A DNA stretch of 64,000 nucleotides, from contig CBDFKD010000002.1 of NCBI GenBank assembly GCA_965248695.1, forward strand, positions 448,001 through 512,000, written 5' to 3'. This document shows, in pieces, positions 49,201 to 58,251 of this stretch. How positions within the stretch are numbered: the stretch's first letter is position 1; every line of letters starts with the position of its first letter. This DNA comes from Acidobacteriota bacterium. GTDB taxonomy: Bacteria; Acidobacteriota; UBA890; WLXD01. Both the position numbers and the translations under genes were made by a program. The notes beneath the pieces were generated by a model. That model had not been told where the DNA came from and made no database searches. It saw nothing but the letters and a program-made list of their open reading frames with translations.

Positions 49201-49435
49201 GTCGAGGCTAACTAGCTATCGGCAGTTCGTTCCGCACTTCCCCGAGAGCGGAGCGCGCATCGTAATCAAGGTGCGGGACCGGAACAACGGGCTGGTCGTA
49301 TCGGACATCGACTGGGTCGGTGAGGATGGGAGCTTGCTCGCCCGCTTGGAGGGGTACGAGTCCGTGGTGGATTCCTCTCTGGACTCGGCGTTCCGCAAGA
49401 ACCGACTCGGCGAAGTCACGCCCACGCGGGCTTGA
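43232..49435 (+). CDS. pfaA: PfaA-type iterative PKS: KS-MAT-ACP-ACP-KR-DH
   Basis: DAACASS/EAHGTGT/GHTK (KS), GHSYG..AFHS (MAT), two DLGIDSIK (ACP), TGGARGVT..YAAAN (KR), HVLNGHAVLP (DH). Confidence 0.93.
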   Translation: MSDRNEDRAAAQSPIAIVGIACLFPRAGSLQEYWANIRDGFDAITEVPEGHWKLSDYFDADPKAPDMTYGQRGGFLDPVDFEPMAFGISPRDLEATDTTQLLGLHVAREALRDAGYGPEHREFDRDRTSVILGVTGTLPLVIPLGGRLGHPIWRQALEEAGVDPETSEDVIRRIAEGYVPWQENSFPGLLANVVAGRIANRLDLHGTNCVVDAACASSLSAIHLAALELEAGRADMVLSGGLDAFNDIFMYMCFSKTPALSASGNAQPFNQDADGTVLGEGVGIVVLKRLSDAERDDDRIYAVIKGLGSSSDGKGQAVYSPSPEGQARALQAAYRNAGVSPATVELVEAHGTGTRVGDATEATGLTTVYREAVEAGTWCALGSVKSMIGHTKAAAGAAGLIKAVMALHHKILPPTIKVESPNEAVAPGETPFYVNTEVRPWLSRSAHPRRAGVSAFGFGGSNFHCVVEEYESQLAQTDWDGHVQILAFSADDRAVLTKQLHDFDTECAWDEIRGGAAESRACFDAAAAVRLLLVVERHGTPVVDMISMALSQLKDERMAWAMPQGIYFGTGPAKGTWAACFPGQGAQYVGMLRELVCRFPVAADTLTAAMEVTPELADRIYPHPAFDDRTRAEQEAQLRETQIAQPAIGAVSLGALGVLEQFGLSPDATCGHSYGELVALCAAGRMRPMELHVVSRRRGELMASGNGDRGSMLAVAAELTWVEQFLKTHDFDLVVANHNAPQQAVLSGLTCDIERAQDLLCREEVNVKRLPVAAAFHSSLVAQAGAPFAESLMSIELPGGAVPVYASATGTAYPECSADARALLASQLTSRVDFVRCVRSMFDDGVRTFVEVGPGRRLCALIDEILADEDVTSVAIDASVGHRAGFVDLGRTLAQLAANGHSVALNRWDECALEAWQRRLALAKPAMTVRISGANHVEPRPKRSPRAAAPSASSRCRPEAASSSAPVTSDPQVLAAAMNASAASLAALVRLQEKTAEVHRRFLEFQERSIQAIVGQQGSPVSEQNPALPPSVTPPPPQVATPSPGLATTAIPAPPIPDQAEQADDVAAVLLSVVSETTGYSEEMLELSMDLDADLGIDSIKRVEILSALQKRLPDASSIEPEHLGEIRTLGQIVEFLGASAAAPANEGVDVGELSQVLLSVVADKTGYPVDMLDLSMNLDADLGIDSIKQVEILAGLQEALPDAPAVAPDQLGELRTLGQIVEVLSNGAGSSGDTKRGASSRSGASRAEVLTKPAGAIVAEPARAKPVTVPTPEQAPPTTVGVERLVPTLRPVDAPTEPIDLPVGSRIWVTRSVDVLSGQIVEELSARGFAAEEVELAEEMHNPPDELAGLIVVVPPQVTDEDILFGFGRVRMMAPVLRRAAVQGGTLLCTVTCLGGGFALDAPPPEDVDPTGAGWGGMLKTAAVEWTDVNCRAVDVDLTRDGLAAEVVKHVLAKGPTEIGLGSHGPRTVVLESHPVEPAEQPVLGSDDLVVITGGARGVTAEVAVALAEAGQPRLILLGRSAEPTVEPDWLVGLESEPEIKRAIMERAEGAISPQSVEAEFARVSASREILHNVARVAAAGSKVAYCSVDVRETEAVRACLAPLVEQYGPVTGLVHGAGVLADRNIEDKTDEDFASVYDTKVGGLRVLLAALDDAPLKALVLFSSSTARFGRRGQVDYAAANEVLNKLAQVEATRRNGCRVVSVNWGPWDGGMVTPALKSMFESEGIEVIGLQSGARYLVDEIAAADGPTEVLILGSGSELPDQRPAETVVPGADDELLLVFERTLATETHEFMASHVLNGHAVLPVAMTLEWLAHGALHGNPGLCFVGVDDLRIFKGVLLEPGESRRVRVCAAPARSQGDDFLVTAELCSGGSHRRRVLHARAQIVLASRQPDPAAATASADLPALGQSIDNIYSETLFHGPAMRGLIDVESCGDEGLVARCRVAPPPRDWMHEPVRGRWIADPLVLDSALQAMIVWTSDRVGEASLPSRLTSYRQFVPHFPESGARIVIKVRDRNNGLVVSDIDWVGEDGSLLARLEGYESVVDSSLDSAFRKNRLGEVTPTRA

Positions 49436-49447
49436 CAGCGGCAGGCC

Positions 49448-52400
49448 ATGACACGCGAGCCGATCGCTATCGTCGGACTCGGCGGAGTGCTCCCCGGCGC
49501 TCCCACCCTGGATAACTTCTGGCAGGTTGTCGAGGGAGGTGTCGACACTGCCTCCGAGCCCCCGGCCGGACGCTGGCCGCTGGAGCTCGATCTCGCCTAC
49601 CATCTCGACCATGCTCGGGCCGACCGGGTCTACTCGCGTCGCGCCTGCTTCGTTCGGGACTTCCGGCTGGACCCGACCGGACTGGACCTGCCGCCTGACC
49701 TGCTCGACGCCTTGGATCCCATGGTGCACCTGGCGCTGCATGCGGGGCGAGAAGCCTGGCACGAGGCGGTCGCCGAGCCCGTAGATCCGCGCCGGGTCGG
49801 CGTGATGCTGGGCAACATCGTGCTCCCCACGGCGGCGGTGTCGGCCATGGCCGACTGGATCCTCGGGCGTCGCTTCGAGAGGGAGCTTTTTCGGGCCGCT
49901 GGCGTACCCACGCCTCCCGAGACCAGATCTCCGGTGAGCGCCGTCAACCGCTGGGTAGCGGGCCTCCCGGCGGCCATGCTGGCGCGGGCCTTGGGGCTCG
50001 GCGGAGAGCGCCTCTGCCTCGACGCCGCCTGCGCCTCCTCGCTCTTTGCGGTTGGGCTGGCGGTCGACGCCCTGCGCAGCGGGCGCCTGGACGCGGTGCT
50101 CGCCGGCGGCCTGTCGCGGCCCGACTCGCTGTACACGCAGATGGGCTTCTCACAGCTGCTGGCGGTCTCGCCCACCGGTCGCTGCGCGCCCTTCGACCGT
50201 AAGGCCGACGGGCTGGTCGTGGGCGAGGGGGCGGGTGTGCTCGCCCTCAAACGACTGTCGGACGCGCTGGCGCACGGAGACCGCATACGGGCCCTGGTTC
50301 ACAGCGTCGGCCTCTCCAACGACGTCGAGGGCAGCCTGCTCGCGCCCAGTCGGGAAGGTCAGCTCCGGGCCATGGCTGATGTCTACCGGGCGGCGGGGTG
50401 GCGGCCAAGCAACGTTGATCTGGTGGAGTGTCACGCTACCGGTACCCCGGTGGGAGACGCTGTCGAGTTCGCTAGCTTGCAGGCGCTTTGGGAAGAGGAG
50501 GACGCCTCTCCGGGCGCCTGCGTGATCGGCTCGGTCAAGTCGAACACCGGCCACCTCCTGACGGGCGCGGGTGCGGTGGGCATGCTCAAGACCGTACTGG
50601 CCCTGGAGCATGGCGTGCTGCCGCCGACCGCCAACTTCGAGCAGGCCGGCGACAACGTCGAGCTGGCCGGCAGCCCGTTCCGCGTCTTGCAGCGGGCAGA
50701 GCCGTGGCCTTCCCCCTCCGGCCACCCCCGCCGGGCGGCGGTCAGCGGCTTCGGCTTCGGTGGCACCAACGCCCACGTGCTCTTGGAAGAGGCGGTGGAA
50801 CCGTCGCGCGTGGCGGTCTCAGTTAGCCTGCCGGAGCGACCTCCCGACCCGGACGTGGTCATCGTCGGCCTGGGCGCCCGCATCGGACCCTGGCGCGATT
50901 TGACCGCGGTGCGGCAGCGCATGTTCGGCCGCGGCGAGGACCACGCGGCCGCGCCCAAGCGACACCACTGGGGTATCCCGGACGCTCCGGTGGGGTGGTT
51001 CATCGAAGAGCTGGAGATCCCGTTCGGACGCTTCAAGATTCCGCCGCGCGAGATCGAGGATGCGCTTCCGCAGCAGATTCTGATGCTACAGGTGGCCGAG
51101 CGCGCCATTGCGGACACCTGCCTCGATGACGTCGAGCGGCTCCGCACCGGGGTGTTCGTGGGCGTCGAGCTCGACCTCAACACGACCAACTACCACCTGC
51201 GCTGGTCGGTGCGGGCGCGTGCCGCCGACTGGGCCCGGCGGCTCGGCCGTCCCGCCGAGGGCGAGGAGTTCGAGCGTTGGGCCGACGGGCTGTGCGACGC
51301 GATCGGCCCGGCGCTCAACGCCAACCGGACCATCGGCGGCCTCGGCTCCATCGTTGCCAGTCGCGTGGCGCGCGAGTTCGGCCTGGGAGGGCCGAGCTAC
51401 GTGCTCTCCAGCGAGGAGACCTCTGGCCTGAGCGCTCTGCGCGCGGCTACCCGCGCGCTCCAGCGTGGCCGCCTCGATTGCGCCCTCGTCGGGGCCGTCG
51501 ACTTTTCCGGAGACGTGCGCTCGCTGCTGTCCCTCTCCAGCGCCGAGGGCTTCTCGACGGACGGCGGCCCGGACTCCTTCGAGGCAGGCGCGGACGGGAT
51601 CGTGCCCAGTGATGGAGCGGTGGCCCTGGTGCTCAAACGTGAGCGCGACGCGCGGCGCGACGGAGATCGGATCTATGCGATCGTCCGCGGCATCGGAAGC
51701 GCGGGGGGCGACCTGGAGCACGCGTGCGACCAGGCGATCCGGTGTGGATGCGAGGCCGCCGGTGTCTCGCCGCGCGAGCTCGCCTACGTCGAGTCGGATG
51801 GAAACGGCGCGGGACGCCAGGACCGGGTCGAGGCTGCCGTCCTGAGACGAACCTTCCCGGCCGATACCCTCAACGGCTGCGCCAAGGCCCGCGTGGGAAA
51901 CGTGGGTGCGGCCGCGGGTCTGGTGTCCGTCCTTGGCGCCACGCTGTCGCTCTACCACCAGATGCTGCCGCCGGCAGGCCCAACCGGGCGGGGCCCCGGC
52001 GAGCCAGAACTCACCCATTTGCGCCAGCCTCACCCGTGGGTGCGAGACCAGATCGACGGTCCGCGGCGGGCGGGCGTGCTGGCACGCGCGCGTTCGGGTG
52101 CCTGTGCCTATGTCGTATTGCAGGAGTCCGACCGCGGGGCTCAGAAGGACGACTTGGCCCAGCCGCTCGGACCGACGCCGGAGGGGCTCTTCGTGGTCGA
52201 GGCCGACGACGCCGACAGCCTGACGGTTGGCCTGCGGCGCCTCTCGGCGTTTGCGTCCGGCGGTGAGGATCGCCCCGTGGCGTACCTCGCCGAGAGCTGG
52301 TGGCGGGAGCGGCCTCTGCGCGCGGAGGCCCCGCTGGGTGTCACCTTGGTCGCTCGAAACGCCTCTGAGCTGGAGAGCCTAGCCGGCACCGCAGCCGACC

Positions 52401-55400
52401 AGGTGGATCGTGGCGAGGATCCGTCCGATCGGAGCGTCGGCCGCATCTTCTTCGCTCGCCAACCGCTCGGGCCCGGCGGCGAGCTCGCCTTTGTGTATCC
52501 GGGCTCAGGCAGCCAGTTCAACGGGATGGGGCGCGAGACATGCCTGCAGTGGCCGGGGATCGTATGGGAGCAGGACCGCACCAACGACAGGTTGCGCTCG
52601 CAGCTTGTGGCGGACTCGATCTGGCGCGGCGATGCCGCCGCGCTCACGGACGCCCGCACGGTGATCCTGTCGCAGGTGACCCTGGGCACCATGGCGACGG
52701 ATCTGATGAACGGCTTCGGCGTTCGACCCGACGCGGTGGTGGGCTACTCCCTGGGCGAGACCGCCGGCCTGTTCGCAATGGGAGCGTGGCGCGAGCGCGA
52801 CGAGATGCTGCGGCGCACCATGGAAGGCGACCTTTTCGTCAGCTCGCTCACCGGCGAGTGCTCGGCGGCACGGAGGGCATGGCGTCTCGCCGAGGACGCC
52901 GAGCTCAAGTGGCTGGTTGGCGTCGTCGATCGATCCGCCGATCGGGTGCGGGAGACTCTGCGGCGACGGCAGCGTGTCTACCTGCTGATCGTCAACACAC
53001 CGGATGAATGCGTGATCGGGGGCGACGCGGCCGCCGTCGAGGAGGTTGTCGAAGCGCTGGGGGCAGCGTTCCACGAGCTGCAGGGGGTCCCCACCGTGCA
53101 CTGCGAGGGGGCCCGTGAGGTGGAGGACGAGTACCGGGACCTGCACCTGCTCGACACCCGTGCTCCCGCGGGCGTCCGCTTCTACAGCGGCGCCTGGGGC
53201 GAGGCGTACGAGGTCGACCGGGAGAGGGCGGCGGACTCACTGTTGGCGCAGGCGATCCACGGCGTCGACTTCTCCAAGACGGTGCAGCAAGCGTACGAGG
53301 ACGGGGTTCGGATCTTCTTGGAGATGGGCCCGGGCGCTTCCTGCACCCGAATGATCCAGGTAATCCTGGAGGGTCGCGCGTTCCGGGCCCGCTCGATCTC
53401 GTCGCCGACCCAGAACGAGACGTCGACGGTGCTGCGCGCCCTGGCCATGCTGATCGCCGAACGGGTGCCTGTCGACCTGGGCCCGCTGTACCGGGGTATG
53501 CCGGCCGACGAAGAGGATCCCGGGCCGCTGAGCCGTGTGCCCGTCGGGCGGGGTGGCTTCGGGTTTTCGCAGCCGGTCCTCTCCGGCGCCCTGGCGCAGC
53601 TTCCGACGCGCGGTTCGGAGGTGACTATGGCGTTCCCGCACGGGGCCCCGGACCTCAGGATCGACTCTCCCACGGGGCCGTTGGACGTCACTCGCGTGCC
53701 CGCCGGGGTGGGGGCCGCTGTGCGCGCCGCCGAGACCACGATCCAGGCGCACGAGGCCTACCTGCGAGGAGCGCAGCGGACGCAGGAGCTCGGCGCCCTC
53801 CAGATCGCGCACCAGCGGGAGCTCATCCGGGCGATGGCGCAGGGAGGGGCCGCACCGGTGACCGTGCGGTCCGCGGATCCCGCTGCAGTCGATGGCGGCC
53901 TCGGCACGACGCATCCGGTCGGCCCGACCGCGGTTCGCCCCGTCGTTCTCGACCGCGACCAGCTCATCGAGTTCGCGGTGGGCTCTATCAGCAAGGCATT
54001 GGGCCCGGCGTTCACGGCGGTCGACGCTCACCCGACGCGCGTCCGACTGCCGAACGAGCCGCTGATGCTCGTCGACCGGGTCACCGCCATCGAGGGCGAG
54101 CCGCACTCCATGAGCTCGGGGCGCATCGTCACCGAGCACGACGTCCTGGAGGGAGCGTGGTACCTGGACGGAGGCCGGATTCCCACCTGCATCGCCGTCG
54201 AGGCGGGGCAGGCCGACCTGCTCCTGTCCAGCTACTTGGGCATCGATACGGAGACCAAGGGGCGGGCCGTGTACCGGCTGCTCGACGCCGTCATCACCTT
54301 CCACAGCGAGTTGGCTGGCCCTGGGCAGACCATCGTCTATGACATTCGGATCCTGCGGTTCTTCCGACAGGGCGACACCTGGCTCTTCCGCTTTCAGTTC
54401 GACGCCAGCGTTGCCGGCCGCCCGCTGATGACCATGAGGGAGGGCACGGCGGGCTTCTTCACACAGGCCGAGCTGGACGCTGGGAAGGGCATCGTCCAGA
54501 GCAACATGGAGCAGCGCCCGCAGGCGAGCACGCGGCCCCACGACTGGCGCCAGCTCGTGCCCATGCGCAAGGAGTCCTACGATGCCGAGCGGCTCGAGGC
54601 GCTCCGTGCCGGCGATTTGGGGAAGGCGTTCGGCGACGAGTTCGCCGGGCTCGGCGTCGAGCGCCCGCTGACCATCCCGGGCGGCCGGATGCGGCTCGTG
54701 CATCGGGTCACCGAGTTGGACCCGGAGGGAGGCCGCTACGGTATGGGCAGCATCGTGGCGGAGGCCGACATCCAACCGGACGACTGGTTCATCACCTGCC
54801 ACTTCGTCGACGACGAGGTCATGCCGGGCACCCTGATGTACGAGTGCTGCATGCACACGCTGCGCATCTTCCTGCTGCGAATGGGCTGGGTGGCAGAAGC
54901 GGGCACGGCGACCTGGCAGCCGATCCTCGAGACCAAAAGCCGGCTCCGCTGCCGCGGGCAGGTGCTCAGCTCCACCCGCCTGGTCACCTATGAGATCAAC
55001 GTCCGCGAGCTCGGGTACGGTCCTCAGCCCTACGCCATCGTGGACGCCCTCATGTACGCGGACGGCAAGCCGATCGTGGAGCTCCACGACATGTCCGTTC
55101 GCCTGACCGGGGCGAGCCGTGAGGGGCTGGAGTCCTTGTGGGCCCGCCGGGGCGCTGCTGCCTCCGGCGCCAGAACGGTCCCGTACGACAAGGCGAGCAT
55201 CCTGGCCTTCAGCAACGGCAAGCCGTCCGTGGCCTACGGCGATCCCTACCGCATCTTCGACGAGGGTCCCCGGCGCATCGCACGCCTTCCCCGTCCGCCG
55301 TACCAGTTCCTCGACCGCATTACCTCGGTGCAGGGAGAGCCCTTCGTCATGAAGGCCGGCGCCCGGGCCCGAGCCCAATTCGACGTGTCGCCGGAACATT

Positions 55401-56257
55401 GGTACTTCGCCAGCAACCGGCAGCACGAGATGCCGTTCGGGGTGCTGCTCGAGGTCGCGCTCCAGCCCTGCGGATGGCTCGCGGCCTACGTCGGCTCCGC
55501 GTTGACGTCGGAGAGCAACCTGCGCTTCCGCAACCTGGGCGGAGACGCCGCACAACTGGCGCCCATAACGGCCGGGGCCGACGTCATCACGACCGATGTG
55601 GAGCTCACCAGCGTATCGACGTCTGCCGGCGTCATCATCCAGCACTACCACGTGGCGCTCGAGAGTGAGCGCGCCGGACGCCTGTACGAGGGCACGACCT
55701 ACTTCGGCTTCTTCTCCGACCGGGCGCTGGCCGCCAAAGTGGGCATGCGCGACGCTGTGATCTATCAGCCTTCAGCGGCCGAGAGCGAAAGGGGCACCAG
55801 CTCCCCGGTACCGAGCGCGCGTCCGTTTCCGGACCGGCGCATGCGCATGGTGGATCATATCGAGCTGCTGGTTCCCGACGGCGGCCCCGAAGGCCTCGGG
55901 TGGATCCACGGCTCCATCGCCGTCGACGCGGATGCCTGGTTCTTCGAGGCACACTTCTACCAGGATCCCGTGTGGCCGGGCTCGCTGGGGCTGGAGGCCT
56001 TCCTGCAGCTCCTCAAGATCTACGCCGCGCGGCGCTGGGGCCTGGGCGAGCATGTCCGGTTCTCCTCGGTGGCCGAGCGCAAGCACCGCTGGAGCTACCG
56101 CGGCCAGATCATACCGGGCTGCGAACGTGTCGAGGTCCTTGCCAGCATCACCGCGGTGGACGACGATCGACACAGCCTGGTCGCCGATGGCTTCCTCGTC
56201 GTGGACGGCCGGACGATCTACTCCATGAACGACTTCAGCCTGGAGTGCCGCAGGTGA
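49448..56257 (+). CDS. pfaBC: PfaB/C fusion: KS-CLF-AT-FabA-like DH domains
   Basis: DAACASS/ECHATGT/GHLL (KS), Cys-less SSEETS (CLF), GYSLGE (AT), CHFVDDEVMPG and AHFYQDPVWPG (FabA-type DH). Confidence 0.92.
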   Translation: MTREPIAIVGLGGVLPGAPTLDNFWQVVEGGVDTASEPPAGRWPLELDLAYHLDHARADRVYSRRACFVRDFRLDPTGLDLPPDLLDALDPMVHLALHAGREAWHEAVAEPVDPRRVGVMLGNIVLPTAAVSAMADWILGRRFERELFRAAGVPTPPETRSPVSAVNRWVAGLPAAMLARALGLGGERLCLDAACASSLFAVGLAVDALRSGRLDAVLAGGLSRPDSLYTQMGFSQLLAVSPTGRCAPFDRKADGLVVGEGAGVLALKRLSDALAHGDRIRALVHSVGLSNDVEGSLLAPSREGQLRAMADVYRAAGWRPSNVDLVECHATGTPVGDAVEFASLQALWEEEDASPGACVIGSVKSNTGHLLTGAGAVGMLKTVLALEHGVLPPTANFEQAGDNVELAGSPFRVLQRAEPWPSPSGHPRRAAVSGFGFGGTNAHVLLEEAVEPSRVAVSVSLPERPPDPDVVIVGLGARIGPWRDLTAVRQRMFGRGEDHAAAPKRHHWGIPDAPVGWFIEELEIPFGRFKIPPREIEDALPQQILMLQVAERAIADTCLDDVERLRTGVFVGVELDLNTTNYHLRWSVRARAADWARRLGRPAEGEEFERWADGLCDAIGPALNANRTIGGLGSIVASRVAREFGLGGPSYVLSSEETSGLSALRAATRALQRGRLDCALVGAVDFSGDVRSLLSLSSAEGFSTDGGPDSFEAGADGIVPSDGAVALVLKRERDARRDGDRIYAIVRGIGSAGGDLEHACDQAIRCGCEAAGVSPRELAYVESDGNGAGRQDRVEAAVLRRTFPADTLNGCAKARVGNVGAAAGLVSVLGATLSLYHQMLPPAGPTGRGPGEPELTHLRQPHPWVRDQIDGPRRAGVLARARSGACAYVVLQESDRGAQKDDLAQPLGPTPEGLFVVEADDADSLTVGLRRLSAFASGGEDRPVAYLAESWWRERPLRAEAPLGVTLVARNASELESLAGTAADQVDRGEDPSDRSVGRIFFARQPLGPGGELAFVYPGSGSQFNGMGRETCLQWPGIVWEQDRTNDRLRSQLVADSIWRGDAAALTDARTVILSQVTLGTMATDLMNGFGVRPDAVVGYSLGETAGLFAMGAWRERDEMLRRTMEGDLFVSSLTGECSAARRAWRLAEDAELKWLVGVVDRSADRVRETLRRRQRVYLLIVNTPDECVIGGDAAAVEEVVEALGAAFHELQGVPTVHCEGAREVEDEYRDLHLLDTRAPAGVRFYSGAWGEAYEVDRERAADSLLAQAIHGVDFSKTVQQAYEDGVRIFLEMGPGASCTRMIQVILEGRAFRARSISSPTQNETSTVLRALAMLIAERVPVDLGPLYRGMPADEEDPGPLSRVPVGRGGFGFSQPVLSGALAQLPTRGSEVTMAFPHGAPDLRIDSPTGPLDVTRVPAGVGAAVRAAETTIQAHEAYLRGAQRTQELGALQIAHQRELIRAMAQGGAAPVTVRSADPAAVDGGLGTTHPVGPTAVRPVVLDRDQLIEFAVGSISKALGPAFTAVDAHPTRVRLPNEPLMLVDRVTAIEGEPHSMSSGRIVTEHDVLEGAWYLDGGRIPTCIAVEAGQADLLLSSYLGIDTETKGRAVYRLLDAVITFHSELAGPGQTIVYDIRILRFFRQGDTWLFRFQFDASVAGRPLMTMREGTAGFFTQAELDAGKGIVQSNMEQRPQASTRPHDWRQLVPMRKESYDAERLEALRAGDLGKAFGDEFAGLGVERPLTIPGGRMRLVHRVTELDPEGGRYGMGSIVAEADIQPDDWFITCHFVDDEVMPGTLMYECCMHTLRIFLLRMGWVAEAGTATWQPILETKSRLRCRGQVLSSTRLVTYEINVRELGYGPQPYAIVDALMYADGKPIVELHDMSVRLTGASREGLESLWARRGAAASGARTVPYDKASILAFSNGKPSVAYGDPYRIFDEGPRRIARLPRPPYQFLDRITSVQGEPFVMKAGARARAQFDVSPEHWYFASNRQHEMPFGVLLEVALQPCGWLAAYVGSALTSESNLRFRNLGGDAAQLAPITAGADVITTDVELTSVSTSAGVIIQHYHVALESERAGRLYEGTTYFGFFSDRALAAKVGMRDAVIYQPSAAESERGTSSPVPSARPFPDRRMRMVDHIELLVPDGGPEGLGWIHGSIAVDADAWFFEAHFYQDPVWPGSLGLEAFLQLLKIYAARRWGLGEHVRFSSVAERKHRWSYRGQIIPGCERVEVLASITAVDDDRHSLVADGFLVVDGRTIYSMNDFSLECRR

Positions 56258-57333
56258 GGTACTCTCGCGTCTTCATCGAGAGCTTCGGATACGAGCTGGC
56301 GCCCTGCGTAGTTACCACGGCGGAGTTGGAGGAGCGGCTGGCCCCCGCGTATGGCAGCCTGCACATCCTGCCCGGGCAGCTCGAGCAGATCACCGGCATT
56401 CGGGAGCGACGCTACTGGCCGCCGGGTTACACGGTGACGCGAGGTGCCACGGCGGCGGCCGAGAAGGCGCTGAACGGCTCGCCCGTCCCGTCCGAGGCCT
56501 TGGAGATGCTGATCTACGGCGGCGTCTGTCGCGAGCACTTCGAGCCCGCGACCGCTTGCCACGTGGCCGCCGGGCTGCAGGACGCAGGTCACTCGATCCA
56601 CCCCTCGGCGCACGTTTACGACGTCGGCAACGCTTGCCTCGGCGTGCTCAACGGCATGCTCGATATCGCCAACCGCATCGAGCTAGGCCACATCCGGGCG
56701 GGCATGGTGTTCAGCTGCGAGACGGCGCGCCACATCGTCGAGACCACGATCGCCCGGCTCAACGGTGCCGCCGACATGGAGGAGTTCAAGACCGCCGTCG
56801 CCACGCTGACCGGCGGAGCGGCGGCCGTTGCGGTGATCCTGAGCGACGGATCGTTCGACGAGGGCGGACGGCGGCGCCTACGAGGAGCGGTGGTGGAGGC
56901 GGCGCCGGAACATCACACGTTGTGCTGCTGGGGAATCGACGCCCATCCCGCCGGCCAAGCGCCCGGGGCGGAGGCCAGCCTACGGCAGTTCGCCAGCACC
57001 GACGCGAGCGCTGTGCTCGAACACGGCGTCGCGCTCGGGGAGCGCACTTGGGAGCTGTTCCTCCGGGAGATGCAGTGGCAGGTTTCGGACGTGGATCGGA
57101 CTCTCTGCCACCAGGTTGGATCGGCGCACCGTGAGGTCATGCTAGGACGTATGGGACTGCAGCCGGAGCAGGACTTCATTACCTACGAATACCTCGGGAA
57201 CACGGGAACGGCGGGGCTCCCAGTCGCGGCCGCCCTGGCCCAGGAGCGAGGGTTCGTGCAGCCGGGTCACCGGGTCGGCCTGCTCGGCATCGGCAGTGGG
57301 CTCAACTGCATGATGTTGGGGGTGGAATGGTGA
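56254..57333 (+). CDS. oleA: OleA, thiolase-fold (KAS III-like) head-to-head condensing enzyme
   Basis: GTG start overlapping the pfaBC stop; EPATAC (Glu), NACLG (Cys), CHQVG (His), GIGSGLNC. Confidence 0.9.
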   Translation: MRYSRVFIESFGYELAPCVVTTAELEERLAPAYGSLHILPGQLEQITGIRERRYWPPGYTVTRGATAAAEKALNGSPVPSEALEMLIYGGVCREHFEPATACHVAAGLQDAGHSIHPSAHVYDVGNACLGVLNGMLDIANRIELGHIRAGMVFSCETARHIVETTIARLNGAADMEEFKTAVATLTGGAAAVAVILSDGSFDEGGRRRLRGAVVEAAPEHHTLCCWGIDAHPAGQAPGAEASLRQFASTDASAVLEHGVALGERTWELFLREMQWQVSDVDRTLCHQVGSAHREVMLGRMGLQPEQDFITYEYLGNTGTAGLPVAAALAQERGFVQPGHRVGLLGIGSGLNCMMLGVEW

Positions 57334-57368
57334 GCCAACTGCTGATGTTGGGAGTGGAGTAGCGTGAG
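57303..57368 (+). repeat. Degenerate tandem duplication of the oleA 3' end (about 33 bp)
   Basis: CAACTGCATGATGTTGGGGGTGGAATGGTGAG followed by CAACTGC-TGATGTTGGGAGTGGAGTAGCGTGAG. Confidence 0.75.
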
Positions 57369-58251
57369 CGCGCTCTTCCCCTTCACCCCCCACTACCTGG
57401 ACATCGACGGCCACCGGATGCACTACGTGGACGAGGGCGAGGGCGAGGTGATCCTCATGCTGCACGGCAATCCGAGCTGGTCCTTCCTGTACCGCGACCT
57501 GATCGGTGAGCTGATGCGTGGTCACCGGGCCGTCGCACCCGACCACATCGGCTGCGGCCGCTCCGATAAGCCCGGCGACGGCGCCTACGACTACACCCTG
57601 GCGTCCCGGGTCTCGGACGTGTCCCGGCTCGTTGAAGAACTGGACGTGGACAACATCACGTTGGTGGTACACGACTGGGGCGGCATGATCGGGATGGCCT
57701 GGGCCACTCGGCACGCCGATCTCGTCTCGCGCCTCGTGGTGCTGAACACCGCGGCGTTTCCGCTGCCGCCCGGCAAGCGCTTTCCCCGCGCCCTTGCGCT
57801 GGCGCGAGCCCCCGGGATCGGGGCGCTGCTGGTGCGGGGCGCCAACGCATTTTCTCGCACCGCCGTTCGCCGCTGCGTCACCCGCAAGGCCATGAGCGAT
57901 GAAGTGGCAGCAGGGTACCTGGAGCCCTACGATTCCTGGGCCCACCGGATTGCCATCCATCGCTTCGTCCAGGACATACCGCTAGGCGCCGGCGATCGCA
58001 GCTACGGGATCGTGCAGAGGACCGCGGAGCAGCTCGACCGGCTGGCTGATATCCCTCTGATGATCTGCTGGGGCCTGAAGGACTTCGTCTTCGATCGGTA
58101 CTTCCTCGACGAGTGGCAGCGCCGCTTTCCCGCGGCCGAGGTGCATCGCTTCGATGACTGCGGACACTACGTGCTCGAGGACGCCGGAGAGGAGATCGTG
58201 CCGCTGGTGCGCCGCTTCCTCGAAGCGCACCCGCTGAGAGCATCGGTGTGA
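57364..58251 (+). CDS. oleB: OleB beta-lactone decarboxylase (haloalkane dehalogenase-like)
   Basis: HGNPSWSF, VHDWGG Asp nucleophile, GHYVLED. Confidence 0.9.
   Translation: MSALFPFTPHYLDIDGHRMHYVDEGEGEVILMLHGNPSWSFLYRDLIGELMRGHRAVAPDHIGCGRSDKPGDGAYDYTLASRVSDVSRLVEELDVDNITLVVHDWGGMIGMAWATRHADLVSRLVVLNTAAFPLPPGKRFPRALALARAPGIGALLVRGANAFSRTAVRRCVTRKAMSDEVAAGYLEPYDSWAHRIAIHRFVQDIPLGAGDRSYGIVQRTAEQLDRLADIPLMICWGLKDFVFDRYFLDEWQRRFPAAEVHRFDDCGHYVLEDAGEEIVPLVRRFLEAHPLRASV

Noticed and set aside
43007-55651. Long antisense ORFs (697, 712 and 804 aa) inside the PKS genes
   Set aside because: Shadow frames of high-GC codon usage; no recognisable motifs.
57364-58251. Haloalkane dehalogenase annotation
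   Set aside because: Position between oleA and oleC indicates OleB, which shares that fold.
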